The position numbers and the translations under genes are program-made. A stretch of 30,648 nt of DNA from a virus (Duplodnaviria; Caudoviricetes). Below the pieces are notes generated by a model that worked only from the letters and a program-made list of their open reading frames with translations, did no database searches and was not told the DNA's origin. The stretch lies in the IMG/VR virus record IMGVR_UViG_3300009079_000079, positions 1 to 30,648 of that record; one strand, 5' to 3'. Within the stretch, counting starts at the first letter, position 1, and every line of letters begins with the position of its first letter. Below are positions 9,118 through 19,500 of this stretch, piece by piece.

Positions 9118-9453
9118 ATGAAGTGGTATATTAAAGACGCGGATGGTAACATTCTAAACACTTACGTTGGTGCAGGAGATTTGTATCCTGTTGGATCCTT
9201 ATGGATGGGTACTGAAATAGCTTTGGTAGAAGAGGTAGTACCCCTTGTAGAAGACATCGTAGATAACAGAGATGTTCGCAGGCTTCGGAGGGCTGAAGAG
9301 TTCTCTTCTACACTCGACGTACTTAACCCTTTCTGGTATGCTTCACTGTCTACAGACCAACAAACATTGATAGGCAACTGGCGTCAAGCTTGGTTAGATT
9401 ATCCTAATGATGAGAATGCAACAGAACCTCAAAGACCTGATGGTATATTTTAA
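9118..9453 (+). CDS. Tail fibre assembly chaperone-like protein (second, divergent copy)
   Basis: RRLR...WRQAWLDYP...PQRP resembles the YRQALRDMP...WPTKP motif of 1876-2196; directly follows the fibre; AGGAG SD. Confidence 0.65.
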   Translation: MKWYIKDADGNILNTYVGAGDLYPVGSLWMGTEIALVEEVVPLVEDIVDNRDVRRLRRAEEFSSTLDVLNPFWYASLSTDQQTLIGNWRQAWLDYPNDENATEPQRPDGIF

Positions 9454-9462
9454 GGAAAATAC

Positions 9463-9858
9463 ATGATTAGATTATTAAGTGGACCTGAGTTAGCAGATAA
9501 ATGGCATACGTTAAGGCCACTAATAGACCAAGCATTAAAACATGGAGGAGGAGCTGTGACATCTCACGGGCTCTTTCTTCAATGCTTAGGTGCGGTAGGT
9601 CAATGTTGGATTAGAAATGAGGGTGAGGTATGTATTACTCGCTTTGAAGAGATAGAAGGTAAACGGCAGCTATCCGTAATTGCCTGCACGTCACCTGGTT
9701 TGTTGGAATTCTTACCAGAGTGCATGAAGATATTTGAGGATTTCGCACGTTTCAATGATTGCAATAGAACTGTAGTCTATGGGCGCAAAGGTTGGGCTCG
9801 TGCCCTTAAAGAATATGGATATTATGAGACGTTTATAACTCTCATTAAGGAGGTTTAA
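9463..9858 (+). CDS. Conserved podovirus GNAT-fold-like virion assembly protein
   Basis: F...ARFNDC...YGRKGWARAL...GY C-terminus; size and position just before the internal virion genes, as in many podoviruses. Confidence 0.6.
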   Translation: MIRLLSGPELADKWHTLRPLIDQALKHGGGAVTSHGLFLQCLGAVGQCWIRNEGEVCITRFEEIEGKRQLSVIACTSPGLLEFLPECMKIFEDFARFNDCNRTVVYGRKGWARALKEYGYYETFITLIKEV

Positions 9859-9859
9859 T

Positions 9860-10534
9860 ATGGCTGAAACTACTACTACAACAGGGTTACCTGACTATGC
9901 TCAACCGTATGTTGAAAATGCTTTAACTAAAGCAACAAATCTTTACGAAGTTGGGGCTATGGACAATGTTGCAGGTATGACACCTGAACAACTTGACGCA
10001 CTCGCAAAACAAAAGACACTTGGAGGTACTGGTGGTGTCTATGATCAAATTGCATCAGACAGCTATGGTGCAACTGAAGCGTATCGTGATGCTGCCGCTG
10101 GCACTGGTCTGTTTGGGGCGGATGCTTTAGGTCAGCAAATGACTGCTATGCAAGGAAGTATTGGTAATGCAGTCCAAGGATTGATGGGACAGCAACAGGG
10201 TCAATACTCACGAGGTGGTAATCTTGGAGGTGCTAGGGCTCAGAGGTCTATGGATTCTGCTGCTTTAAAAGTAGGTGGTGATATGGCAGCGAGTGAACTT
10301 GCCAATCGTCGCGCGTCTGCCCTAAGCGGAGCAGGTGGTGTGTTAGGTGCAGGGTCAAACCTTCAGAATCAGTTTGGAGCAGGTGCTAACCTATTAGGTC
10401 AAGCGGGATCTGCTATCCAACAACAGAATCAAAACGAAGGTGATGCAGCATATCAAGGTGTTCAACGATTGTTTGGACTTTTAAATTCTCCTGCTTTAGG
10501 TACTCAAAGTACTTCGACAGGTGGAGGTAAATAA
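9860..10534 (+). CDS. Internal virion/ejection (pilot-like) protein, Gly/Ala/Gln-rich
   Basis: AAGGAGG SD; LPDYAQPYVE.AL..A..LY start, GG.R motif, Q/G/A-rich helices, ends TGGGK. Confidence 0.6.
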   Translation: MAETTTTTGLPDYAQPYVENALTKATNLYEVGAMDNVAGMTPEQLDALAKQKTLGGTGGVYDQIASDSYGATEAYRDAAAGTGLFGADALGQQMTAMQGSIGNAVQGLMGQQQGQYSRGGNLGGARAQRSMDSAALKVGGDMAASELANRRASALSGAGGVLGAGSNLQNQFGAGANLLGQAGSAIQQQNQNEGDAAYQGVQRLFGLLNSPALGTQSTSTGGGK

Positions 10535-11892
10535 TGAAACGTATAATTCAAAGGTATCAAGATGGTGGTGGGGTTAACCCTATGGTGTCAACTGGTGTCC
10601 CTGAAGGTGGTTATGCTAAACAAGCCATAGCTAACTACTTGGCAGGTGAAACTTTAGGCGGTCCCTTATCTTACGTGGCTGGTGAATCCAATGTTCCTGA
10701 TTATCATGCACTCGCAGATGAGCTTGGCACAAGTGTTATTGATGGCTATAGACCAGCGACTGCGGCATCGGCTGCGGCTGCAACAGGGGATAATAACACT
10801 GCCCATGAAGAAATGATGGCGGGTGCTTCAAATAACTCAGTCGCAAATAACACTTATAGCACAGGCTCAGGTGGCGATACAAGTTCTTGGGTAACTGATC
10901 AAGAAACTTATGGTGCTCCTGGTGGACATTGGGGTGGCTCATCTGAATACGAAGCCAACTTGATCAACAACCCTTATATTGGGGATGAAGAATTTTGGGA
11001 TACATATGAATCAGGTGAAGCATCTGGCAGTACCTTCTCAGGTGGTGGGCGTGATGGTGCTGGTAACTATGGTATAGCAGGTGATGTTGGCGCGGCAATT
11101 TATGATGCTGCTGGTAACTTACTTAACGGTTCACTTATTGGTCGTGGTTATACTGCACTCACTGGTAACAATTTACTAGATCCGTATGATGCTACAAAGT
11201 ACCCTGATGGGGTTGTGCCAAACGAATATAATCCTGATGGAACTCCTAAAACTACAGGTTTAAATCTTACAGGACCAGTAAACCCTAACCTCTCCTTAAA
11301 AAGAGGTGGTGGCTACAACACATCAGATACACACTCAACACACAACGATAGCATAGCGAAGGACGAGGCCAGTCGTGGAGCATTTGGCAATGCAATTTGG
11401 AGCCCAGCGTTAGGTAGGCATTTAAATCCTACTCAAGTTGCAAACAGGAGAGCAAATGGTCTACCTGTTAACAATGGTGGTTTTATAGGTCCACTTGTTA
11501 AGGGATATAACAATGGTGGAGTTTCCTTGGCTAAGTCAGGTATTCGTGAAGAAGAAATACAAGAGCGTCAAAGGATGCAAGCGCGACTGCCTCAAGTGCA
11601 ACAGAATCCACTATCAGATGTAGGATATAAACTTGCCATGGGAACTGTAGACAAAGGTATTGAATCTGCAGCATCTTCCTTAGCAGGCCAAGGTGCTGCT
11701 GGTGCTGCTGGTGCTGGTGCTGCTGGTTCAGGTATGATGGCAGCTCTTGGACCTATTGGTATTGGAATTGGTCTAGGTAAACTGTTTGGTGTGTTTAACA
11801 AAGGTGGTAAAGTTACGTGTTCTTGTGGGAAACCTAACTGTAACTGTTCAAGTAAAATGAAATATTCCCCTTTAGGAGGAAGTTATGATTGA
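10534..11892 (+). CDS. Putative internal virion/ejection protein with C-terminal hydrophobic segment and Cys cluster
   Basis: TAATG-coupled; low-complexity Gly-rich; GMMAALGPIGIGIGLGKLFGVF; CSCGKPNCNC; several (N/Q)xGG motifs. Confidence 0.55.
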   Translation: MKRIIQRYQDGGGVNPMVSTGVPEGGYAKQAIANYLAGETLGGPLSYVAGESNVPDYHALADELGTSVIDGYRPATAASAAAATGDNNTAHEEMMAGASNNSVANNTYSTGSGGDTSSWVTDQETYGAPGGHWGGSSEYEANLINNPYIGDEEFWDTYESGEASGSTFSGGGRDGAGNYGIAGDVGAAIYDAAGNLLNGSLIGRGYTALTGNNLLDPYDATKYPDGVVPNEYNPDGTPKTTGLNLTGPVNPNLSLKRGGGYNTSDTHSTHNDSIAKDEASRGAFGNAIWSPALGRHLNPTQVANRRANGLPVNNGGFIGPLVKGYNNGGVSLAKSGIREEEIQERQRMQARLPQVQQNPLSDVGYKLAMGTVDKGIESAASSLAGQGAAGAAGAGAAGSGMMAALGPIGIGIGLGKLFGVFNKGGKVTCSCGKPNCNCSSKMKYSPLGGSYD

Positions 11893-14800
11893 TAAAACAG
11901 ACCCAACTAATAGGGACACTGTACCTGCTATACTTACTCCTGGAGAGTTTGTACTCAACAAGGAAGCAACTCAAATGTTTGGCCCTGTAGTTGAGCAAAT
12001 GAATAACGCAGGCTTACAGCATCGTGCAATGAAAAACATGGGTGGTGGTATTCAAAACTACAATGATGGTGGTTTTGCGTGGCATAAAAACTACACACCT
12101 GAGGTTGAAGCTGCTATAGTTACAGCGGCAACTAAGTATGGTATCGATCCATTAACTCTTAAAACCATTGTCTACCTTGAGTCTAGGGGAAACCCTGAAG
12201 CTCAATCAAAACAGTCATCTGCTGGTGGCATCATGCAATTTTTAGATAAGACAGCTAAATCTTACAATCTTGAAAATCGTTTTGATGTTAATGAAAGCCT
12301 AGATGCAGGTGGTAAACTACTGACAGATAATGTTTCTCATCTAAGAAGTGTTCTTGATCGTGAACCAACACCTGCGGAAACATACCTAGCACACCAACAA
12401 GGAGCAACAGGTGCTTTACGATTGTTAAAAGATCCATCTATTAATGTACTAGATGTAAAGAACATGACAAAAGATAAGGTTATTAAGAACGGTGGTAATG
12501 TTGACATGACTGCTGGTGAGTTTGCAAACATGTGGATGCAAAAAGCCAACAATGCTTCTAAATTTATTGGGGGCGGTGACACAAACACACCTGCACAACC
12601 CACAACCCAGACAGTATCCGTAGCCCCCATTACTTCCATTCCTCCTCAAATGAGAAATGATACAGTGTCATCTCCACGTCCTCAAACGAGACCTGAAGAA
12701 CTAGTTCCTCAAATGGTAGCTAGTAACCAGGTAGAACCTTTAGCTATTGAACAGGCAGTGATGCAAGCTAGTGTACCACAGGTTCAAGCAGTACCCCCAT
12801 CACCTTCAAGCTTTGGTGAAGCCTTCAAAGATGCACGAGCTGACATGGGAGCGGGAGGTATCTTTACCTTTCGTGGTAATGATTATACTACTAATTATGC
12901 TGAAGAAGAAGATAAAAGGATGACTGCTAACATGGGTGGTGCTGTTTCTCTCAATATGGGAGGTTACCCACAAGAGTACTTAGATAATTATCGTAAAGCT
13001 ATAATGGCTAATATGGGTCCGGAGTACTTGTCTAGAGTAGAGAGAATGGGAGGTGTAGACGCTGCTCGTGAACTACAAGCGCAAGTTCGTCCAGACTATA
13101 CACCAGGTAATGTGGAGGAAGACTCTGCTTCATCTCAGCCTATGGCATATAACGATCCTGCTTTAAAAGTTAGATCAGATGGTATGATTGATTTAAGAGG
13201 CTCGGGAGGCTCAGATCGAAGGCTAGACAAAAACTTATATTTATCACAACCTGGAACTGGTATGACAACAGAAGAATCTATAGCTAAGCGTAAGAACCTT
13301 GCGTCTAATAGTTATGTACCGATGCCAAAAGTAAACAGTGATGAGTCATTACTTCAAGGCTCTTCTCAAAGCGTTGAGAATGCTGCTAGTTCCTACCCAA
13401 GTGACTACTCAATTATGGCTGCTGCTAACATGGCTGTGCCAAAGATTCCATTACCTCCTCCAGCACCCAGACCTACGATGGTCGGTGGTAATTTGTACTA
13501 CTTAAATTCAGATGGGTCTGTAACTGATGGGAATGGTAATCCTGTTCAGGATCCTAGTATTGGTGCTGCTGTTCAGGATAAACTCAACTACAGTGCAGAG
13601 GAATCTGCTGCTAATGCAGAAGCTTACAACGACTCTATGGCTGAGCAGGCGGTATTCAATGGTATTGCTCCACAGTCAGTAAACCCAAGCTATGATTCAA
13701 TGCGTCAACAGCAAGAGTCTAATGCTGCTGAGGCAGAAAGGATTAGGAAAGAAATTGCAGAGACTAATGCAAAACGTGAAGCCCTTAGAGTTGAGTTTAA
13801 CAATAGGGAGCCAGCAGTTGTCCCACCATTAGACCCTAATGCACCTACATTTATGGGTGATGTTGTACCTTATCTTGGAAGGGCTGCTGGTAGTTTAGCA
13901 AGCAATGTTGGAGATACTGTCAATGAGTTTATGGCATCCCCTGCTTTACCTGTAGGATCAGTTGATGTTAATAAAGAGTATAGGGATATTAAGTCTATAC
14001 TTGCAGGTGGTGTTGATAGAAACGGTGTTCCTTTAACTGACAATCAGATAAGAGCTTATAATACTCGTATTGGAGCTATAGAAAAAGAAAGGGACTACAA
14101 TGATAGGATGGAACCATTTGGTGCGGGTCAGGTATTTGACACTGTTATTGAGAGTGGTAACCAACTAGCCGCAGATGTGAACGATTACGTCACTGATAAG
14201 GTTGGGAATGTTGTTTCAGGGTTTAACCCCGAAGCTGGTGCAAGCGTATTAGATAGTAAACTAGGGTACGCACCACCACCACGCCGTGAATTAACTGCTG
14301 ATGAAATTGAATTTAATAGGCTAAGGGGACTGACTGGTGATACCACCCCTGAACCTGAAAACAATATCTCAAAAGTTGAAAAGGTAATTACCAACTTAGA
14401 AAAAAACCCTGAAGTATTACCAACAACCACTGTTTCTGAATCAGCTGCAGCCAAACAGGCAGCTGCAGCCAAACAGGCAACCGCAGCCAAACAGGCAGCT
14501 GCCTCTATAAAGGTTGATCCAAAAGACCCTAAGGTATCCGGTGCCATGTCCACGCTTAAGAGTGTCTTCGGGGATCTGTTCGATAGTAAAGAACTCATGA
14601 GAGCTGCTATCATGTACCTTGGTGGTCGTGCTACTGGTATGGATGGTAACCAAGCTCTTGCCTTTGCTGGTAAGAACTACATTGCTAGGACTGATGCCAA
14701 GACAAGTTTCTATAATGAACAAGCTACATCTGGTAAGTGGACTAATGGGAGTCTTGCTAAGTATAGAAAGACTCGTGATCCTGCAGATCTGATTCCGGTT

Positions 14801-15631
14801 GGTGCTGTTTATAAAAGATCCTCTAAGGATGCTGAGGTATGGTATAATAAGAGGACAGGAAAAACTATCGTGTATGAGCAATGGCAAGCAGGTAAGGATG
14901 GTAGCTATGTTACTGTTGAGGCTGGTAAGAACCCTATGGACCCTAATGCTAGGATTAATTACAGCATGGTTACTCAAGATGGTTCTAATGTGGTTGGCAC
15001 AGATGCATATAATGCTAGGATTAATTCCAACAGAGAAAGCTACGCAGATGTTATAACTGCAGAGTTGCTGAAGTCTGAGATTCCTGCGGAGGATGGTAGA
15101 GCCAAGTCTAATTACCTAAAGGATATAAATTCTACCACAGATTCAAAAATCGTTTCAGATTTTGCTAAAAAATATGGAATTGATCCAGACACTATGGCCC
15201 TAGTTCTTAGAAATGCTATGGTTAAGGCAACAGAAGATGTTAGGTCTACTCGTATTGATAAGGTTACCACTCTTGGTCCATACCTTAAAGAGTCTTACAT
15301 AACAGTCAACACTGGTGATAGGTCTAACTTTATGGTTGGTAATGGTAAGAAGGGTGACGAATACTCTGAAAAACTTGTCGGCACTGAGGAATTTAGTAGT
15401 TGGTTGGCACAAACCCAACGAACATTAAGTCAATTGAAACCAGGTGCAAACCTAGATCAATATAACCCTGTTCAATTCAGTCAGAAACTTATGGAACAAG
15501 CTATTTATCAGGATTGGATAGGTCTAGATGAAGACATAAAAGCTAAGTACGCAACTGACGGAAGTCCTAATAGAAGTGGGTTTATGGAATACGTGACTGA
15601 AAACTTAGCGAAGGGTGCATTAAACTCTTAA
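11885..15631 (+). CDS. Large internal virion protein with lytic transglycosylase (SLT) domain (1248 aa)
   Basis: DTVPAILTPGEFV N-terminal motif; KYGIDP...YLESRGNPEA...AGGIMQF...YLAHQQG gives the SLT catalytic Glu (ES) and G-x-MQ motifs at ~12100-12560; AGGAGG SD. Confidence 0.8.
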   Translation: MIDKTDPTNRDTVPAILTPGEFVLNKEATQMFGPVVEQMNNAGLQHRAMKNMGGGIQNYNDGGFAWHKNYTPEVEAAIVTAATKYGIDPLTLKTIVYLESRGNPEAQSKQSSAGGIMQFLDKTAKSYNLENRFDVNESLDAGGKLLTDNVSHLRSVLDREPTPAETYLAHQQGATGALRLLKDPSINVLDVKNMTKDKVIKNGGNVDMTAGEFANMWMQKANNASKFIGGGDTNTPAQPTTQTVSVAPITSIPPQMRNDTVSSPRPQTRPEELVPQMVASNQVEPLAIEQAVMQASVPQVQAVPPSPSSFGEAFKDARADMGAGGIFTFRGNDYTTNYAEEEDKRMTANMGGAVSLNMGGYPQEYLDNYRKAIMANMGPEYLSRVERMGGVDAARELQAQVRPDYTPGNVEEDSASSQPMAYNDPALKVRSDGMIDLRGSGGSDRRLDKNLYLSQPGTGMTTEESIAKRKNLASNSYVPMPKVNSDESLLQGSSQSVENAASSYPSDYSIMAAANMAVPKIPLPPPAPRPTMVGGNLYYLNSDGSVTDGNGNPVQDPSIGAAVQDKLNYSAEESAANAEAYNDSMAEQAVFNGIAPQSVNPSYDSMRQQQESNAAEAERIRKEIAETNAKREALRVEFNNREPAVVPPLDPNAPTFMGDVVPYLGRAAGSLASNVGDTVNEFMASPALPVGSVDVNKEYRDIKSILAGGVDRNGVPLTDNQIRAYNTRIGAIEKERDYNDRMEPFGAGQVFDTVIESGNQLAADVNDYVTDKVGNVVSGFNPEAGASVLDSKLGYAPPPRRELTADEIEFNRLRGLTGDTTPEPENNISKVEKVITNLEKNPEVLPTTTVSESAAAKQAAAAKQATAAKQAAASIKVDPKDPKVSGAMSTLKSVFGDLFDSKELMRAAIMYLGGRATGMDGNQALAFAGKNYIARTDAKTSFYNEQATSGKWTNGSLAKYRKTRDPADLIPVGAVYKRSSKDAEVWYNKRTGKTIVYEQWQAGKDGSYVTVEAGKNPMDPNARINYSMVTQDGSNVVGTDAYNARINSNRESYADVITAELLKSEIPAEDGRAKSNYLKDINSTTDSKIVSDFAKKYGIDPDTMALVLRNAMVKATEDVRSTRIDKVTTLGPYLKESYITVNTGDRSNFMVGNGKKGDEYSEKLVGTEEFSSWLAQTQRTLSQLKPGANLDQYNPVQFSQKLMEQAIYQDWIGLDEDIKAKYATDGSPNRSGFMEYVTENLAKGALNS
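14444..14497 (+). repeat. 18-bp tandem repeat x3 encoding (A/T)AAKQA
   Basis: GCTGCAGCCAAACAGGCA twice, then ACCGCAGCCAAACAGGCA. Confidence 0.95.
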
Positions 15632-15652
15632 ACAAACACAAGGAGATTTTAA

Positions 15653-16516
15653 ATGGGAACATTCAATGAGTTATTTGATTTCAAGCCCGATGCTTTAGTC
15701 GGTACTGATTATTTCTTCATAGATGGTGACACATTAAATAACCCCAATGGCCCTAACTATCGTCTTCGTGGGTTTGATACAGCAGAAGTATCTAAGATGC
15801 TTCATACTGGAGAGTTCAAAGAAGGTACTGCTGGTGGTCGAGAGACTGCCAGCATTATATCAAGGCTTGCTAATGAGCAGGGGTATAACAATGTTGTACC
15901 CCAGTTCAATGCTGATGGTTCTCTTGCTATGGATAATCATGGTCGTCAATTAATTGAGTTACACAATAAGAATGGTGAATCTTTCGGCACTGAAATGCTT
16001 AATTCAGGTGCTATGGACATGACAAGATACTCGACTGATGGCGACAGGATGAAAAAGTATCGGGCGGAAGCTGATAGGGATCTCCAAAGAAGGATGGGGA
16101 CCTACGAACCATCTGATTTCGACAAGGCAGCTATAGAAATTAAGGATGCTGAAGAAGCTGAAGGTGCAAGATCTCTTGGGTTCAAGAAGACACTTGCAAC
16201 TGAGGCGGATCGTGGGGCATACGTTAATTACTTCATGCAGGCTGAAGGTCTATCAAGATCAGATGCTATTGTAAGAATGAATGATTACTTTAACATTACT
16301 CCCAGTATTGGATTTAGTGGGGTTGATAGGAACTACACATCTCTCAACCCTAAGATGGATTCTTTAAAGCAAGGTATGATTGGGGTAGGTGAGAGTGCCT
16401 TTGGTATGGCTAACCTTCTTGGATATGTATCTGATATCGAAGGGTTGGAAAACTGGGGTGAGCAAGGTGTTAAACGTCAGCGTGAAAAGCAAGAAAAGAT
16501 TGTACCTGCTGAATAA
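15653..16516 (+). CDS. Staphylococcal-nuclease (thermonuclease)-like domain protein; probably the N-terminus of the following large virion protein
   Basis: IDGDT, RLRGFDTAE, DNHGR and EMLNSG match SNase DGDT, R35-x4-D40-x2-E43 and D83-x2-G-R87; strong AAGGAG SD. Confidence 0.75.
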   Translation: MGTFNELFDFKPDALVGTDYFFIDGDTLNNPNGPNYRLRGFDTAEVSKMLHTGEFKEGTAGGRETASIISRLANEQGYNNVVPQFNADGSLAMDNHGRQLIELHNKNGESFGTEMLNSGAMDMTRYSTDGDRMKKYRAEADRDLQRRMGTYEPSDFDKAAIEIKDAEEAEGARSLGFKKTLATEADRGAYVNYFMQAEGLSRSDAIVRMNDYFNITPSIGFSGVDRNYTSLNPKMDSLKQGMIGVGESAFGMANLLGYVSDIEGLENWGEQGVKRQREKQEKIVPAE

Positions 16517-19500
16517 CTACAAAGAGATTGAAGGTGCTGGGGATGTCTTCGAGTACCTTGGGAACACAATGGCTATGTCTCTACCATACATGGCGACAAT
16601 CGCTGCAGCAACAGTTGCAGCTCCTGTTACTTTTGGATTATCCTATACAGTACCTGTCAGTGTTTATGCTGGTCAGAACTGGAATGAGATGGAAGGACCT
16701 AACGAAAACAAGTCAGCTTCCATAGCCATTGGTGCCGCTGTTGCTATGACTGTTGCTGATAGGTTTGGTCTCCAAGCACTCAAGGGTGTTGGTGGATCCC
16801 CTACAGCTATGCTTCAACAACACGCAAGGAACTTAGCAGCTAGAGATGGCATTACTTTACCGACAGCTAGGAAGATGGTTAAGGAAAGTACGGATGAGAT
16901 AATTGCACAGTTTTCAAAAGAGGTCCATGAGAAAGCTAAAGAGCAACTTAAATCTGCAGCCACTACTAAGAGGATTCTAAAAGATGTTGGTGTTGGTTCA
17001 TTAGGTGAAGGGCTAACTGAGGTTGCTCAAGAAGCTATTGGGTACACAGCAGCAGTTGCGGGGTCTGATAAGCAATTTGATTATCAAGAGTTGGAAGAAC
17101 GATTGATCAATGCAGCTGTTGCTGGATCAGCTTTAGGTGCAGGGTTCTCTGTTCCTGGAACTGTTAAGGATCAGTTGGGATGGATGGATGCAGCCGCAAG
17201 GTACGGCGTACCAATTGAGTCCACAGACGTTGAGAGATATGAATCTGAAGAGTTAAATTCCCCTAGCCCTGACTACTCAACCAATGGTATGATGGATGGG
17301 GTTGAAACATTGTTGTCTAAAGCTGCAGTTAAAATAGCTAAGACTAAGCCTGCCCCCAAAGGTAAATCAAAAACTAAAGTTAAAACAAAGAAGCCTAGCT
17401 TACAGCCAAGGAAAGATGCTCATAGAGTATCTCAAGGTAGTAAGACATACATGGAACGTGCATCAGAAGCTGTGATGAATGCGTCTAACTTATGGCAGAG
17501 CCACATCACTAACACCTTTACAAAAGACCTGTTAGATAAATCTCGTGCAGCTCGTGCTTTACATTCAATACTTGGTGGTGGTTTAACTAACCTACATAGT
17601 GGGTCAGGGTTTGAAGCTGCACAGCACCACTTGATGACAGCATACACAAATCAAGTATCACATCCAGCAACTTTCTGGAAGGCGTCTGGCTTACCAACCT
17701 TTGCAGGTGTTCATAGATCTTCTCAAAAAGCTAAGATGAGTGATCAGATTTATGCAGCATGGAAAGCAGCCCGTGATAATGATGGCGTCTTTTATCCTGA
17801 TAGGGTACCTCAGAACACTCCGAACAGGGGGTTGGTTATTAGCCTTGGGAATGAACTTATTGCATTGGGCACTAAATTAAGGAATGATCAGATTGCTTCT
17901 GACCCAGAACTTAACATGGGTCTTGTGGAGAGTTACCTCCAAAGGTACAGGGCTCTTGATAAGAGGGCTGTTCAGAATGATCCTGAAGGATTTAAAAAAG
18001 CTTTAATGAGTATTGAATTTAAAAGTGGTAAGAAAATCTCAGCTGCTCAAGCACAAGAAATTGTAGATGATATAATAGATAACCCACTTGTTGATTCACT
18101 TTCAGATGCAATGTCTTCTAACATAGGCTCATTGAACCCCTCGTCACATAAGAAAAGGACATTAGATCTTTCAGAACAAGAAGGGTTCGATGCTTTCTAC
18201 GAGAGGGATGTGTTTGCAAACGTAGCTAAGGCTAGTAAGTCAGCTGCAAGATTTGTAACTCAGATGAAATATGTTGGTAAGGATGGGGAGGTAATCTCTC
18301 ACTTCTTAGATCAAATGGAAGCTGAGGGTGTCCCACGGGAAGAGGTAAACAAGGTAGCCTCTAGGGTGTTTGATGGTTTAGAAGCAGTGTCAGGTAACTA
18401 CAACAGGCCGACTACTCAAGCTGGTAAAAAGCTTATGAGGTTCCAGAAGAATGTAATGTTCTGGATGACACTCTCCGCCTTACCACTGGCTACATTCTCC
18501 TCACTCCCTGAGTTGGCAATGTCACAAGGTGCTCTAACCAAGGATCAAATCTTTGGGGAAAACAACAGTATTAAATCTATTGCGACTGAGTTTTCAGCAG
18601 CATTCATACCACTACTTCGTAAGGTTGAAGATGGGTCTGATGATGATGTTCTCAAGCCGGATACATATAGTAAGGGTCAGAAGATACTTAATGAGGTGAT
18701 GGGATCATCTTGGGAAGTTGGAGCTGCTACTACTGTGGGTGTTAAGGAAGCCTCTGAGAACCGTAAGGAAGTCATGGAGTTCTTCTTCAAGGCTATTGGT
18801 CTTACACAGTTTACTGATTACACTCGTGCTGTTCGTGCATCCTTTGCATATGACTTCATGTCCTACAACGCTAAGATAATAAACAATGGTAAGATGGGTA
18901 GGCTTAGGCGTGGTGATGAGTACAAGACCCGTCAGGAACAAGAGGCGGAGCAAAAGCTTAGGAGCATTGGTATCCCCATAGAAGAATTTGTGGGTATGCA
19001 TATTGATTTTGAGGCAGAAGGGCTTAAGTATTTCGAAGGGCCTAATGCAGTCTACTCTTTAGACCAGTGGAACACTATTATAAAAGAAGGTACGTACAAC
19101 TTTATCAATCAGACAGTCCCACTTCCAGGTGCTATGAATCGTCCTTTGATCTATCAGGATCCTAGGTTTGCTCTGTTCACACAGTTCCAAGGTTTCATAT
19201 CTACCTTCACAGCTAATCAGATACCTCGTATGTGGAATGATTATATTAAACGTGGTAGTCCATCGATGAAGTTTAACACCTTTGCAATAATGTCTACAAT
19301 GATTGCTCTTGGGTTCTTTTCACAGGCCATAAAAGACTCTATTAAGTTTGACGATGATGATGATGAAGGAACTCTAGGTAACCCTTATTTAAACAAGCCT
19401 GAGTATATTCGTCGTGGTATCATGGCATCTGGCCTTTTAGGTACAGGTGAAAGGGTCGTCGATATCTTCGCTCCTATCTATGGTCAAAGGTCTGACGGGG

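Noticed and set aside
15630-15655. Leader AACAAACACAAGGAGATTTTAAATG similar to 2198-2222 (AACAAACAAAAGGAAAATTAAAATG)
   Set aside because: Low-complexity A-rich translation initiation regions; two copies are not enough to call a regulatory motif.
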